From Octopus bimaculoides (Eukaryota): a stretch of 64,000 bases of DNA. Positions within the stretch are counted from its first letter, which is position 1; each line of letters starts with the position of its first letter. Positions 1 to 13,643 of the stretch are shown in pieces. Made by a program: the position numbers and the translations under genes. The notes beneath the pieces were generated by a model. The model had not been told where the DNA came from. It was given only the letters and a program-made list of their open reading frames with translations, and searched no databases. The stretch lies in contig NC_068986.1 of the NCBI RefSeq assembly GCF_001194135.2, forward strand, positions 47,973,967 through 48,037,966, read 5' to 3'.

Positions 1-276
1 GCTTGAAGATTATTATGGTCAAGAATCTTTCCAAAAATCAAATCCCAGTTGAAAGGAACAAGATTTCAAGGCATTGAAAAAATCCAAAAGAATGCAATGA
101 GGCAGCTGCTCGCTATCCCAGAAACTGGAGTTCCAGGAATGCTTCCATCAATGGAAATGATGCTGGGAAAAGTGTGCGTCTTCAGAAGGAGACTACTTCA
201 ACAGAGATTGAATGCTGAATTAATATTGTAGTTTTCTTTTTATAGTACCAGACACGATACTTTATGATCACACCTA
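1..276 (+). mobile_element. mariner transposase 3' end and right TIR (degenerate)
   Basis: LFPKIKSQLKGTRFQGIEKIQ...EFQECFHQWK...EGDYF, ending gatactttatgatcacacctag-TA. Confidence 0.8.
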
Positions 277-1259
277 GTACTGTGTTACCACACCTTAGAC
301 CTAACACATAGTCCAGTCCCTGTGATAGCGACATCCTTGTGTGTTTCAATGAACCTGAGAGGTATGCCACTAGAGTTCAAGCTCCTGCTAAGGCCTCCCA
401 TGCTGGACAGGTCAAAGAATAGAGGCCAGACAAAATTGGGACATTTTCTCAGGGGGTTAGAAAATGGTGTTCATTAGAGTCAATGCTCCTATCTAGAAAA
501 CAGTGAAGTGATAGAACAACAAGAGCTAGGAGAGGGATTCCATTACTCTTTGGAAAATATATTTCAGTCCTTGACCTGGAACCCACATGGTAAGAGGGGA
601 CACCCCAAAACTAGCTGGAGGTGGGGATACTGAAGCAGGGCTTGAACTGGAAAGAGGCAAAAATGACAGCCCAATGTCAAGAACAAGGGAGAAAGTCGAG
701 TCAATAAGTGAAGAGTTTAAGTAATTAAGAAGTGGACCATTTGGGTATCTGGTGCCTTGGTCAGAGTCACAGTGCTATTCCACTCACAAGAGAGCAAGCA
801 TAAATGCCACAGTTGACTGTCCAGTATTCTATCAGCTTGATAATCCTAACTATCTATACTTTAGCATCACTGTTCTAGAAGCTAACATATATCTCCTGCA
901 CACTCCTCATCAATTTATCATACAATATAATATTTTATGTCACAGTCCATTTTTACATTTTTATTTCAGTTAGTTATTCCTGTTTATTCATTGCAATTAT
1001 TGATTCCTACTACAATGATCAATGATCACATGTGATGTTTTTGCTTTCTTAAAAACAGTGTATGGGTCTCAGTAATTAGACAAGATACACTCACATTTCA
1101 GTATTAATCAATCTCTTTAAATCCTACATGCATACACACTGACACAGCTGATAGAAAACAACCCTGTACAGAGTTAATTTATAAATGTGACAATGACACA
1201 TCTAAAAATTCATGATAAACACACCTTAGTTTTTCGTACATGAAAACAACAGTACTTAC

Positions 1260-1512
1260 CAATGTCTGTATCATCTCCATGTTACAAACAGAAGGCTCCA
1301 TCAGTAACATAGAAGAACTCTCAGAGTTATTCTGCACATAGAGAATCAAGTCACATTCATCTCCGATACAAGTAGAACATTCGGGCAGACTTGGCTTTGG
1401 AACAAATGCTGGCTTGATGCTGTTCTTCCCACTTTGCTTTGACAAAAGGGACAACATAGAGCCATACATGGCATTTTCATCATTTAATGGACAACCGTCT
1501 GCAGCTAGGGCG
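1260..1512 (-). CDS. HPS4: HPS4 exon 11: ALAADGCPLNDENAMYG...DECDLILYVQNNSESSSMLLMEPSVCNMEMIQTL (start of longin domain 3)
   Basis: ttctcttccctttag| ... TTG|gtaagt. LILYVQ...MLLMEP resembles human [20 protein letters not shown]. Alternative acceptors exist 8-14 nt downstream. Confidence 0.85.
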
Positions 1513-1579
1513 CTAAAGGGAAGAGAATCCAGTCACATGAAAACAAAAAAAAATATTATCATTAAACAACTATTCTAAT

Positions 1580-1866
1580 GCATATATTTATACACACACA
1601 TATACTCCCACATATACACACACATACATATGCACACACACACACATACATACATATATATTTATATATATATAAACATAAGCATAAACATACATATATA
1701 TATATACATATGCATAAATATGCATATATATACATATGCATAAGTATGCATGTATATACATATGCATAAATATGCATATATATACATATGCATAAATATG
1801 CATATATATATACATAAATATGCATAAATATGCATATATATATATATACATAAATATGCATAAATA

Positions 1867-1903
<37 letters not shown>
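1580..1903. repeat. (CA)/(TA) microsatellite and atatgcataa-based minisatellite
   Basis: Direct inspection; explains the spurious MHIY ORFs. Confidence 0.9.
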
Positions 1904-2539
1904 NNNNNNNNNNNNNNNNNNNNNNNNNNNNNNNNNNNNNNNNNNNNNNNNNNNNNNNNNNNNNNNNNNNNNNNNNNNNNNNNNNNNNNNNNNNNNNNNN
2001 NNNGTGCTCCAGCATGACCGCAGCCACTTGGCTGAAACCCATAAATAAATAAAGAAATAAATAAATATATAGGCATATGAGCTTGTTTTAGTTTACCAAT
2101 TCCATTCACAAGACTTTGGTTGGTGCAGGGCTATAGTAGAACACACATGGCTTAAGGTACCATGCAATGGGACTGAATCCAGAACCATGTAGATGTTCTT
2201 TACTGGGAATGAATGACAATGCTTGTATGAAATTGACAATCATTTACAACTATCACATGATGTGAGACAAGGGGGGAAACTAACATAAACACACACACCG
2301 ACGTACATATATAATAGGCTTCTTTCAGTTTCCATTACCAAATCCACTTCACGAGGCTTTGAACAGATTCTATAGGAGATCATTCAGACTGGTATGAGGA
2401 AAATCTTTCTGTTGTAAAATCTGCCTCAAATATGTTATTATCCATCCCAACCCATGTTAACTTGGAAAAAACAAACATTAAATAGCAATGAACAAATAAT
2501 GGTAAATGAAAATAAATACAACAGAAAGGCATACTCTAC

Positions 2540-2852
2540 TTTGATGGATCTCTTGTCTCCTCAGCAGAAGAATCGGAAGTGTATGTTTTCTTATTTGAAG
2601 ACTTTATTTTACTTGCAGTAACATCTTCTATTTGGCTGATACTAGCTGGTCGATTCTTGAATTGAATTAGTAGTTTTTCATCTGTGTTATCTTTTGGACT
2701 CTGAGGTTTTGAATTTTTTCTCTGCAAATCAGATTTTTCTTCTTCTAGTGCAGCATCATCCTCTTCATATTTGCTGTTCACACGTACGTTAATAACAGGC
2801 CATGTTTCTCCAACGTCCAGACTAATACTAGCTGTACGCAAATGTTGTAGAT
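2540..2852 (-). CDS. HPS4: HPS4 exon 10: LQHLRTASISLDVG...EETRDPS (charged linker)
   Basis: tatttatttatcag| acceptor; phase 1 gives GAT across the junction with exon 9. The 3' boundary is uncertain because the donor AA|gtagag is weak (see findings). Confidence 0.8.
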
Positions 2853-3953
2853 CTGATAAATAAATAAATAATTATAAACAGTTCAACTTTAAAGTGCAGT
2901 GCATAGAATGATAAACTGATAACTTAATTATATAAAACTAATCATAGAATTACAAAGAAAAGCAAAGAAAAAAAAACTTTAGTAAAATGAAAAAGTTCTG
3001 CCAAAGTCTTCCAGTTTAGAGCACTCAATGCATCCCTAGGCGGGAATGAATTCTGTAGTCACACATCCGTACAATATTAATATGGGCATACCTTCAGGAC
3101 AGAGCAGAGTAGATACAACTTTGGCCATGATTGATGTGACACATGTGCAAATGACTCATGTGATGGCAAGGCTAGTTTTCAGCATCCTGTTTTGTGAGAA
3201 GTTACACACTAGGCTGGTAAGATGGAGGAGTCATAAAACTTGATAAGAGAAGGAAACTTAAGTTTCAAATCTGTACACAGCATTCCTGTTGATTAAGAGA
3301 AGGATATTCCAAAAGAAAAAAAAAAAAACTGGGTATTGGGTGTCATCTGATCCCAGAAAAAAACCTTCAGATTACAGGAACTTGAAACACTTAGAAAAAT
3401 CTAGAGCACCTAGGAGAGGCAGTGATTCCTATTCTGGAAGGAGAAGGAATGTGGAACCAGGTGCAAACCAAAGCCATCAACAGGCAGAATNNNNNNNNNN
3501 NNNNNNNNNNNNNNNNNNNNNNNNNNNNNNNNNNNNNNNNNNNNNNNNNNNNNNNNNNNNNNNNNNNNNNNNNNNNNNNNNNNNNNNNNNNNNNNNNNNN
3601 NNNNNNNNNNNNNNNNNNNNNNNNNNNNNNNNNNNNNNNNNNNNNNNNNNNNNNNNNNNNNNNNNNNNNNNNNNNNNNNNNNNNNNNNNNNNNNNNNNNN
3701 NNNNNNNNNNNNNNNNNNNNNNNNNNNNNNNNNNNNNNNNNNNNNNNNNNNNNNNNNNNNNNNNNNNNNNNNNNNNNNNNNNNNNNNNNNNNNNNNNNNN
3801 NNNNNNNNNNNNNNNNNNNNNNNNNGAGAGAGAGGAGGGGGAGGGAAGTGAGAGAGAGGGGGGTGAGAGAGAGAGGAGTGAGATAGAGGCCTTATGTACC
3901 AGCTGGCATGAAGTGTAAAGAAGATAGAGAAAATGAAAAACGATTTTACAGAG

Positions 3954-5835
3954 ATCATCATCATCATCATTTAACGTCTGCTTTCCATGCTGGTATGGGT
4001 TGGACTGTAAGCTGAGGAGCTGCACCAGGTTCCACTCTGATTTGGCATGGTTTCCACAGTTGGATGCCCTTCCTAATGTCAACCACTCCAAGAGTGTAGT
4101 TGGTGGTTTTTATGTACCAATGACATGATACTGTGCATTGTCCATGACTACAATCTCACTTGGCTTGACAGGTCTTTACAAGCACAGTATATTGCCAAAG
4201 GTCTCAGTCATCTGTCACTGCCTCCATGGGGTCTAACACTTAAACAGCACTTTTTACATGTCACTGGCATGGGTGCCAATTAGACGGTACAGGTGCTAGT
4301 CAGACGGTACGGGTGCTAGTCAGACAGTATGGGTACCAGTCAGACAGCACTGACTTCACCCATGATTATGATTCCACTTGGCTTGATGGGTCTTCTCAAG
4401 CACAGCATGTCGACCAACGTTTGAAAGGTGCTGTTCACATGCCAGTTATGCGACACTGGCATTGGCCATGACAACAATCCCACTTGGCTTGACAGTTCTT
4501 CTCAAGCACAACATATTGCCAAAGGTCTCAGTTACTTGTCAATGGCTCTGTGAAGCCCAACGTTCAAAGATTATGCTTTACCACCTCATCCTGTGTTTTC
4601 TTGGGTCTACTTTTTGCACAGGTTCCTGCCACCATTAGAGAGTGTGACACTTCTTCACACAGCTGTCTTTCCCCATATGCATCACATGACCATACCAGTG
4701 CAGTCATCTCTCTTGCACCCCACATCTGATGCTTCTTATGCCCAACTTTTCTCTTAGGATGCTTACACTCTGCTGTGCATGCACATTGACATTACACATC
4801 CAGTGAAGCATACTACCTTCATTTCTTATAAGCCTACGAATGTCCTCAGCTGTTGCAGGCCATGTTTCACAGTCGTGTAGTATGGCTGTTCACATACAGG
4901 CATCATACAATCTGCCTTTCACTCTGAGAGAGAGGCCTTTTGTTACCAGCAGAAGTAGGGGCTCTCTGAATTTTACCCAGCCTATTCTTATTCTAGCAGC
5001 TTTGCTCTCAGAGCATCCACCCCTGCAACTGACTTGGTCACCCAAGTAACAGAAGCTATCAACTACTTCCAGTTTTCCCGACTGGCATGTGATGGAGTCT
5101 ATTTTCTGTACATTTTTAGTGTTTATCGTACCTGTGCACTTTCCATACACAAAAACTGTTTTCCCTGTTAACCTTCCTCTGATATTGCTGCACTTCTTAC
5201 ATGTCCATAGCTTATACTGAGTACATCTTATAGAGTTTCTACCAATGCCTTTTCTACAGATTGAGCAGGGCCATCTACCAGAAGTGATTTGTGATTTGTC
5301 TGCTCTCCTACTTATTAAGATTTTGGTTTTTGCTAGATCAACTCTAAGGCCCTTTGATTCTAGACCTTGCTTCTATGTCTGAAATTTCTCTCTATTTCTG
5401 GTAGTGATTCAGCTTTAAGAAGGTCGTCAGCATAGAGGGGTTCCCAGGAGCAGCCCATTTCTGTTATTGCCTGGAGGATTACGATGAACAAGAGGACTGA
5501 TCCTTGGTGAATCCCTACCTGTACCCTAGATTCATTGCTATACTCATTGCTAGCTTTCACCTTACTAACAGCATCCCTGTACACAGCTTGTTCAACTCTC
5601 ACCAACCACTCATTTATCCCTAGCTTCTACACTGACCACCAGATAAGGGAGTGGGGGACTCTATTAAAGGCTTTCTCCATGTTGACAAGAGCCAGGTACA
5701 GGGATATATTTTTGGCAAGATATTTCTCCTGAAATTGCCTAACCAGAAATGTAGCATCAATTGTGCCCCTGCCTGGCACAAATCTAAACTGCATCTTATC
5801 TACACTAATTCTCTCCCTAACGAAATTTAACAAAT
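3954..5835 (-). mobile_element. 5'-truncated, degenerate RTE-clade LINE (RT remnant plus 3' UTR with (GAT)n tail)
   Basis: QFRFVPGRGTIDATF, MEKAFNRVP, VGIHQGSVL, LYADDL, SFCYLG, RVKGRLY across frameshifts; catcatcat tail at the left end. Confidence 0.9.
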
Positions 5836-7511
5836 AACATTTACAAGAGAAAAAACCCTTTCTTTTGAGGATCTTTTAACACCTGGTGATGTCATAGTGG
5901 TGCCATCATGATATAATATCTGTCTTGGGCTTTTTAAAGCAAGCAGTACCCTTCCTTCTCCACTTCTGAATCGGCCAATTTATTCCAGAGATGAAGAATT
6001 GATATTTTAAATACCAACCTGGGAAGGATGAAAGGCCAAAGTGACTTCAATAAGATTTGAACACATGGTGCAGAGAGCTGGAATAAATACTGCAAAGTAT
6101 TTTATACAACTTTCTTAATGAAAAAGACGTATAGATGGTGAAATCTAATGCAAAATATTATTTGTATTTATCCAAACCAATGAAAGAGTTTCTATGCAAG
6201 TATTCAGCCTGTTAGAACCTGTAACTAAATCCTCCTAACAATTTGAAAAGGGAATAATGTACTCTTAATATTCAAAACCTAAGAAAATAATTGGGATGGT
6301 CATAACTAGAAAGTCTTTGATCATATATCAGCTGTCATGAGTGATTTTTATATTAGATATCCTGGAGGAAATACCCTGACTTAATTATATGTAACATATT
6401 ATAATTCATATAAGCCTTTACATCTTAACAACAGTATTTCACAGTTAAATGGCCAGTTGATACTTAAAAATATCATGGTCAGAATTAATGGTAATGTCCA
6501 GTACAAAATTTCAACTTTCTAAATCAACAAATACAACACTGTTCCAAACTGGCATTTTTATTTTTATCGTAATTGCTGAAAAGAAAAAACCTTAAAACAA
6601 TACCCACATTTTCTAGAATGGAATTTGAATTTTTCAAAACAAAATCTCCAATCAAAAATGGCAGGCTGACAAAGATGACTTTGAAGGACCCAAAAATTCC
6701 ATGTGAAATGCAACAGGATTTAGAATGATAGTAACAATGTTTGAAGGTTTACGCAATAAATGAAATCAATTTGTATGTAGGGAATATGGTAACAGACAAT
6801 AACAGAGGACAAACATTATACTGCAGCAACATATGACCAATAAAGCTGGTAGATGCAGTAATTTTATACAATCACAATAGCTTAATTACGATGCTGGAAA
6901 TAATTAGGAATTATTTTATATTAGGAACAGAATATGTCTGCATGTATGGAGTTTTTTTTTTTTTAGCTCTAGCTCACTGTATATAACATGTTGGGCAAGT
7001 GACTTCTACTATAGCTCTGGGTCAACTAATGCCCCTTGCAAGAGCAATTAGTAGCTGGAACCTATGAAAGCTCACAGTTGATGTCTTGCAGGAAGAGAAA
7101 CAAACAGAAAAGTGGAAGAGAGAGAGAGAATGTGTGTGTGTGTGTTTGTGCGCGCATGCACGCATGCATGTGTGAATGTTTACTTTCTGCGTCTTCATAT
7201 GAAACCATTTGAGCAAAACAAAATGGTAACTTCACATTGCCTGTCCTTTAACAAATCCATCTGTAACTCTGCATGTTTAAAAATAAGTGGAATAAAAAAT
7301 CCATTACCTGAAAAAACAGGTATGAGTTTGTGAGAGGAAGGGTATCCAGCTGTAAAATAATGCTCCAATACCAGACTCTGCCCAACTCATGCTAGCATGG
7401 AAAATGAATAAGTGAATGGATGAATGAGTAAGCATAAGACCAATCTTTATAAAAAAGAAATGTTTTTTTATTTATTTTGCAATAAAAAAGAGTAAGAATG
7501 TTCGCAAATAC

Positions 7512-7904
7512 CTTTCAGAGAAGTCCTTGAATGTATAGTATCAGAATCAAAGGTAGAATCTGAAATGAGAGTGAAATAGGCAGCCCGGGCTTTTGTCTGC
7601 TCAGCAAGGGCCTTGGCAGCAGATTCCTTGTCATCAGATTCTACACTGTCATCTCTCACCAAAAGGTCATCATCAGTCTCACTTTCTGATGTTTTTACTT
7701 CTAAACTCTTTGAGGGCCTCAAAGCTGATTTAATCAATGGTTTGGATGCTGAACTAATCTCTGCTGTATTGGCAGTTGTGACAGAAAATCTTCTAGAATC
7801 ATTGCATTGTTGAGAATTAGGAAGTAGTGTTGTTTCATACAATTTTGTATAGATATCAGAAGATACATATAGTTTTGTCAAGCTCCCACCTTCTGGTACA
7901 GAAC
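7512..7904 (-). CDS. HPS4: HPS4 exon 9: SVPEGGSLTKLYVSSDIY...acidic linker...RTSLK(D)
   Basis: gctctttcaacag|GT ... AAAG|gtattt; 393 nt, phase 1 to 1. Lies within ORF 7468-8079. Confidence 0.88.
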
Positions 7905-9062
7905 CTGTTGAAAGAGCCATATTAAAATTCTTTAACAAACAAATGGAAAAGTATCTGCTATATTTGATGGTATTTAAGATGTACTTTTTTTTTCCAAAAA
8001 AGGTCATAAAAATCACTCTGGGTCCTATATGCCAAGTTGCTTTAAATAATGGCTTTAAATTTTGACACAAGACCAGCAATTATAAGGGAGGGGTAAGTCA
8101 ATTACATTGACCACAGCATTTAAATGGTACTTATCTTATCGACCCTGAAAGGATGAAAGGCAAAGTCAACCTCAATAGAATCTGAACTAAGAATGTGAAA
8201 ATGGATGAAAATGCAGCTAAGCATTTTGCCTGCCAGCTTGCCTAAGTTGCTTTAAATATTACATGCTTTAATGCAATAAAATATATTTTTCTCTGAATAT
8301 GCACTGCTGAAATGAGGGTGTGTCTCATGTGCCCATGCATCTTTCATTCCATTACATGTGGTTCTTAACTAGGATGGCAGCGCCTCCTTGGAAACTTTGT
8401 GTATCACAAAGGAGCACCAAAGAATGCTAGGGCAGTGTTGGGTGTTTAAAGGAGACCTGCTTTTTCTTAGAAGCAAAACATTTAAGACTAAAGACAATCT
8501 TTGTCAAGGTTAAAATGTGACTAAGATATTGTGTTATTAGAAAGTTAAAACATGACTGATGGTGCACCAAAGTACATTATAATTTCATTATATAAGTTCA
8601 AACCTTCATAAGTAACTTCCATGAAAATGTGACATAATAGGCATTAGTTCATGGAAATATTTAAAAGTAGAGATAAATTAGGTGGGACATTATAAGAAAA
8701 GATAGATAAACTACTGCACAAAATATGAACTTGTGTTTGATCAAAATAGTCAGCTGTTTTTATATTTCTTTATTTTTTCTATAAAACACAGAGAGGCATT
8801 TCTAAGATGCCATTTTAAGAAAAGGGTTACCAAGTTGAGAACCACTTATCTAATTCCATTTCAAGCTGGTCTAGAAATAATAAATTCAGTTAATAATGTT
8901 TTAATGGTAACCTTGTGAGAGAAGAACATTTTGTAAAGAATAGGGGATTTGGACAAGTTATATGATTAACATTGACAACATGAATCCTGGTAACTAAATA
9001 AAACATACAATTTATTAAAAAAACAATGGTTTCTTTTAGAGACGTATTATAAAAAGCTTTAA

Positions 9063-10072
9063 CCCTTTAGCATTTAAACTGCCCATATCCAACCAAAATA
9101 TTCTGTTTAATGAAGTGGTATCAAAAAGTTCCCAGACTAGTTATATTCAATAAAAAAATAACTTATTTACCTAAGTTTTAATATCATCTTCAAAACAATC
9201 ATATTGTGCAGCAATACACCAGTCCCAGTGTTCTTGTCACTTTTGGAATCTGACCTAGAAGTCATTTTCTGTAAGTGAGTCAAGGACCTTCTGTGATTTA
9301 ACAGTGTTAAAACGGTGACCTTTGAGCTGCATTTTCATCTTGGAGAAGAGATGCAAGTCCACAAGTGTTAAATCTGGGAATTATGGCAGGTGCAGAAGCA
9401 ATGCCATGTTGTTTTTGGTGAGAAACTCACAAGTGAGGAGACCTTGGTGACAGTCTGCATTGTCATTGTAAAGAATCCACTTCTTCATACTCCAGAGATC
9501 TGATTGCTTTCACCAAATGCCTTCCCTCAAATGCTTCCAAATGTCACAGTAGAACTCTCAACTGATGGTCTGGCCCCGGGGGATGAATTCTTGATGCACA
9601 ATACCACATTTCTGCGGGGTGACACTCAAAGCAGGTCTTCCAGTTCACTCGTTGTTTTCCAAGTACATTCTTCTGCTTTTGAAGCACCCAAGCCACTTGA
9701 AACATTGCATACAATCCACTACCTTATCACTGTAAGCTTACTGAAGCATGCTCAGTGTCTCTATAGCAGACGTCCTAAGTTTAAAGCAAAATTTCATGTT
9801 GGCTCTTTGTTCCCATCCATGACAAAATCGCAGACTACAGCATGCTGCCATTTGTTGGCGTACTACAGAACTAGTCCAGAAACTGTTTGATACTACCTCA
9901 TATGTTCAAACTGGCCAGATCCAGCCTCTTACACTGACTCTACAATATCATTTCTAAAAATAAACAATCAAATCGTTGACATCTGTGAAGCTACAAAATA
10001 ATGTATGATTAATTCATGACAATGTGAATAAATAAATATTACATTTGATAGAGTAATCTGAATACTAAAGGG
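9063..10072. mobile_element. piggyBac-type MITE hosting the mariner insertion
   Basis: TTAA-CCCTTTAG...CTAAAGGG-TTAA; a second copy in the opposite orientation lies at ~10270-10449. Confidence 0.75.
9111..9900 (-). mobile_element. internally deleted mariner element
   Basis: Imperfect ~32-bp TIRs tgaagtggtatcaaaaagttcccagactagtt / aactagtccagaaactgtttgatactacctca, followed by TA; decayed transposase inside. Confidence 0.8.
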
Positions 10073-10889
10073 TTAAAGAATGATGATGTAAATTTGATAA
10101 GGTGAGATATTTCAATGACAGATGACACAAATGAAAACTGAACTACTAACAACTCAAATACACATGATCTATTTTAATTATTTTAGGACGTATTTTTCTA
10201 TATGAAATACAATGTAAACATATTTTTAAAAAGCCATAATTCCCATACAACTATCTATTTATGCCTTCAGTCAAATGTAATGCTTATTTATTCATATTGC
10301 TTTGAATTAATCATGCAATATCTTATAGCTTTCAAATTTCAATGATGTAATTGTATATTTTTAGAATGACATTGTAGAATAAGTATGAGATGCCAGATCT
10401 GGCCAGTTTGAACATAAAACAGGTAAAATATTTGGGCTAGATACAGCTGCTTTAAATGGTAAAGGGTTAAAATTGATAAACAAGAAGTAATTTATCAAAT
10501 ATTATACCAATTGTCTAGGATAAATTGTAGATGACAAGATGATTATTTAGACTAAATGTAAAAGCTCATTTATAAATAACAGCAGAACATTTATTCTAAG
10601 CAAACTTGATGTCTCCAGTCAACATGGTCTTTAAAATAAATTATTTAACCCTATTTTTAAGGAGGCAAGCTGTCAGAATCCTTAGCATACCAGGAAAAAT
10701 GCTTAGCAGCATTCCATCCATCTTTACGTTCTGAGTTCAAATTCTACCAAGGTCAACTTTGCCTTTAATCCATCTGGGGTCAACAAAATAAAATAAGTAC
10801 CAGTTGAACACTGGGGTTGATGTAACTGACTTGCCCCCTCTCCCGAAATTGCTGGCCTAGTGCTAAAATTTGAAATCATTGTTTAACCC

Positions 10890-10925
<36 letters not shown>

Positions 10926-11539
10926 GTTTAACGTCCGCTTTCCATGCTAGCATGGGTTGGACGATTTGACTGAGGACTGGTGCAACCGGATGGCTACACC
11001 TGGCTACACCAGGCTCCAATCTAATTTGGCACCTTCTAGTGTGGAAATCAGATGTATCCACTCAAAATTTCATAACCCTTAACTACAGAAACTAGTTAAT
11101 CCATCTTTGTTGAGGGATATCATTGGTTGAGATATCATTGTTCCTGGAATAACTAAGAAATTTAATTTCCCAGTTAAAAAGTTAAACTCATAACTTTATT
11201 TTTAGAGATGCAAAACTTAATATTTACATCCATAGTTCATTTTCCTTGGTTTGATGTGTAATTTGAAATGTAACGTTGACATAAATATTAAAAAATATTT
11301 CATCTGTAAAAATTCAATAATGGAGAATATTTAAGGGGAGTAACTCTGGAATTTTTAAACGACTAGTTTTGAGAAAATCTCATAACTATACAACAAATTC
11401 CATTTAACGCATTAAATCAAGACATATACATACATATGGTGTATTAGTCCCTCTTGAATCAATATCTACAGTAAAATTTGAACTCAGAACTACATTTGAA
11501 CAAAAAAGTGTTTGCAATAAGTAAAAGCAATAAACTAAC

Positions 11540-11564
11540 CTATATCAACTGATTCACTCTCAAG
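11540..11564 (-). CDS. HPS4: HPS4 25-nt microexon: LESESVDI(G)
   Basis: tttgtatttatttcag|CTTGAGAGTGAATCAGTTGATATAG|gttagt. Only the phase 0 to 1 frame is open, and it bridges the phases of the two flanking exons. Confidence 0.75.
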
Positions 11565-12830
11565 CTGAAATAAATACAAAATATATTTATTAAAAAAATA
11601 GTTTAAACAAAAAAAGTAACATTTTTATTAATACACATTGATATAAAATCTATATATGCCACAGGAGGAAATTCAGAGAATTTTTAAAACAATATTTCAG
11701 AATAATCATAAAAATATATAAAGAAAATATTCAAATTACATTTTTAAATAAATATTTATTTCAGTTTCATTTTCTACTAGCAGAAATATCCAGCGTTGCC
11801 TGGATTAAAGAAAATAATGAAATTCGAAAATGCCTTTTAGATCTCTAACATGACACATGGATTATGCAGTTCTCAACAGTAATTAGCTGAGGTACAAACT
11901 ATTAATGTCAATAACATATTTTGTCCAATGTTCTCACTGTTAAAATTGTTAAAAAAAAACAGGTAGTTCTTTGTCTTTGCAATCACCTTCAATTGTCAGT
12001 ACTTATTTGAAACACATTGAACCTGAAAATGCATAAACTTGAGAAGAACCAGCCTGCAGGCACTCCTCTCCAGTTAAGAAGTACATCAACTCCATGCAAA
12101 ATACATTTAAATGAGCATTCATTATAATAGCATTCCCACATGCATTCTTTTCAAGTTATTTCGATGTTACACTCGCTTGCCCTAAGCCTTATTGCACGCA
12201 AATGGAGAAAACGTTCACTGCGTATATATCGATCGCTGTACGCCAGTGTCTAACCGCTTTAGCTTTTTAATGCACAAAAAATTGAAATTATTTTTTTTCT
12301 GTGCCTCTGATTAAAATTTTCGAAAAACAAACCCAGCCACATTACTTGGAAAAATATAATCTTTATTGTGCTGGTTTTTCGTAAAATTTCGCGCATGGGA
12401 AAGGCAACAAAATCGCCCCTCTCCACTTTGAATGGGATATTCCTATCTTAAAAAGTAATAATCGATTATCTCAGTAACCATGGGAGTTGGAGGGCAATAA
12501 AAATCTCCTGAACATGAGCGGACCATGCTGCTACTCTGTGCTGAATTGCACGCGATTCCACTGCCCCGTTCTCGAGTGAATCTGCCGACACTCAATCAAG
12601 CAATCAAGAACACTACAATTTATAGTATAGATTATGCAAGTGTAAACAACAGCAGCATTGTTGGATATAAAGCCAACAAGCCAATCAAAAGCTGAATTCA
12701 TATCTGATGATGAGAATAAGGGAGTGTCTGCACAACTTGGACAGAACAAAGATTACAAACTATTTTTGTTTGATGCACCAATTATCAACAATTTCTCACT
12801 AATGTGTGTATCTTTCAGTGACACACAGTG

Positions 12831-12891
<61 letters not shown>

Positions 12892-13600
12892 NNNNNNNNN
12901 NNNNNNNNNNNNNNNNNNNNNNNNNNNNNNNNNNNNNNNNNNNNNNNNNNNNNNNNNNNNNNNNNNNNNNNNNNNNNNNNNNNNNNNNNNNNNNNNNNNN
13001 NNNNNNNNNNNNNNNNNNNNNNNNNNNNNNNNNNNNNNNNNNNNNNNNNNNNNNNNNNNNNNNNNNNNNNNNNNNNNNNNNNNNNNNNNNNNNNNNNNNN
13101 NNNNNNNNNNNNNNNNNNNNNNNNNNNNNNNNNNNNNNNNNNNNNNNNNNNNNNNNNNNNNNNNNNNNNNNNNNNNNNNNNNNNNNNNNNNNNNNNNNNN
13201 NNNNNNNNNNNNNNNNNNNNNNNNNNNNNNNNNNNNNNNNNNNNNNNNNNNNNNNNNNNNNNNNNNNNNNNNNNNNNNNNNNNNNNNNNNNNNNNNNNNN
13301 NNNNNNNNNNNNNNNNNNNNNNNNNNNNNNNNNNNNNNNNNNNNNNNNNNNNNNNNNNNNNNNNNNNNNNNNNNNNNNNNNNNNNNNNNNNNNNNNNNNN
13401 NNNNNNNNNNNNNNNNNNNNNNNNNNNNNNNNNNNNNNNNNNNNNNNNNNNNNNNNNNNNNNNNNNNNNNNNNNNNNNNNNNNNNNNNNNNNNNNNNNNN
13501 NNNNNNNNNNNNNNNNNNNNNNNNNNNNNNNNNNNNNNNNNNNNNNNNNNNNNNNNNNNNNNNNNNNNNNNNNNNNNNNNNNNNNNNNNNNNNNNNNNNN

Positions 13601-13643
<43 letters not shown>

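Noticed and set aside
788-853. Candidate exon with an IYAC motif reminiscent of HPS4 VYAC
   Set aside because: Weak acceptor, stops immediately upstream, and the intervening exons are absent.
1095-1123. 29-nt candidate next HPS4 exon (DLKRLINTE) with a GTGAGT donor
   Set aside because: Poor acceptor and no similarity to the expected longin-3 continuation.
4272-4350. Four 20-bp direct repeats (also 31820-32000) as a CRISPR-like array
   Set aside because: No unique spacers; these are tandem units within the RTE 3' UTR in a eukaryotic context.
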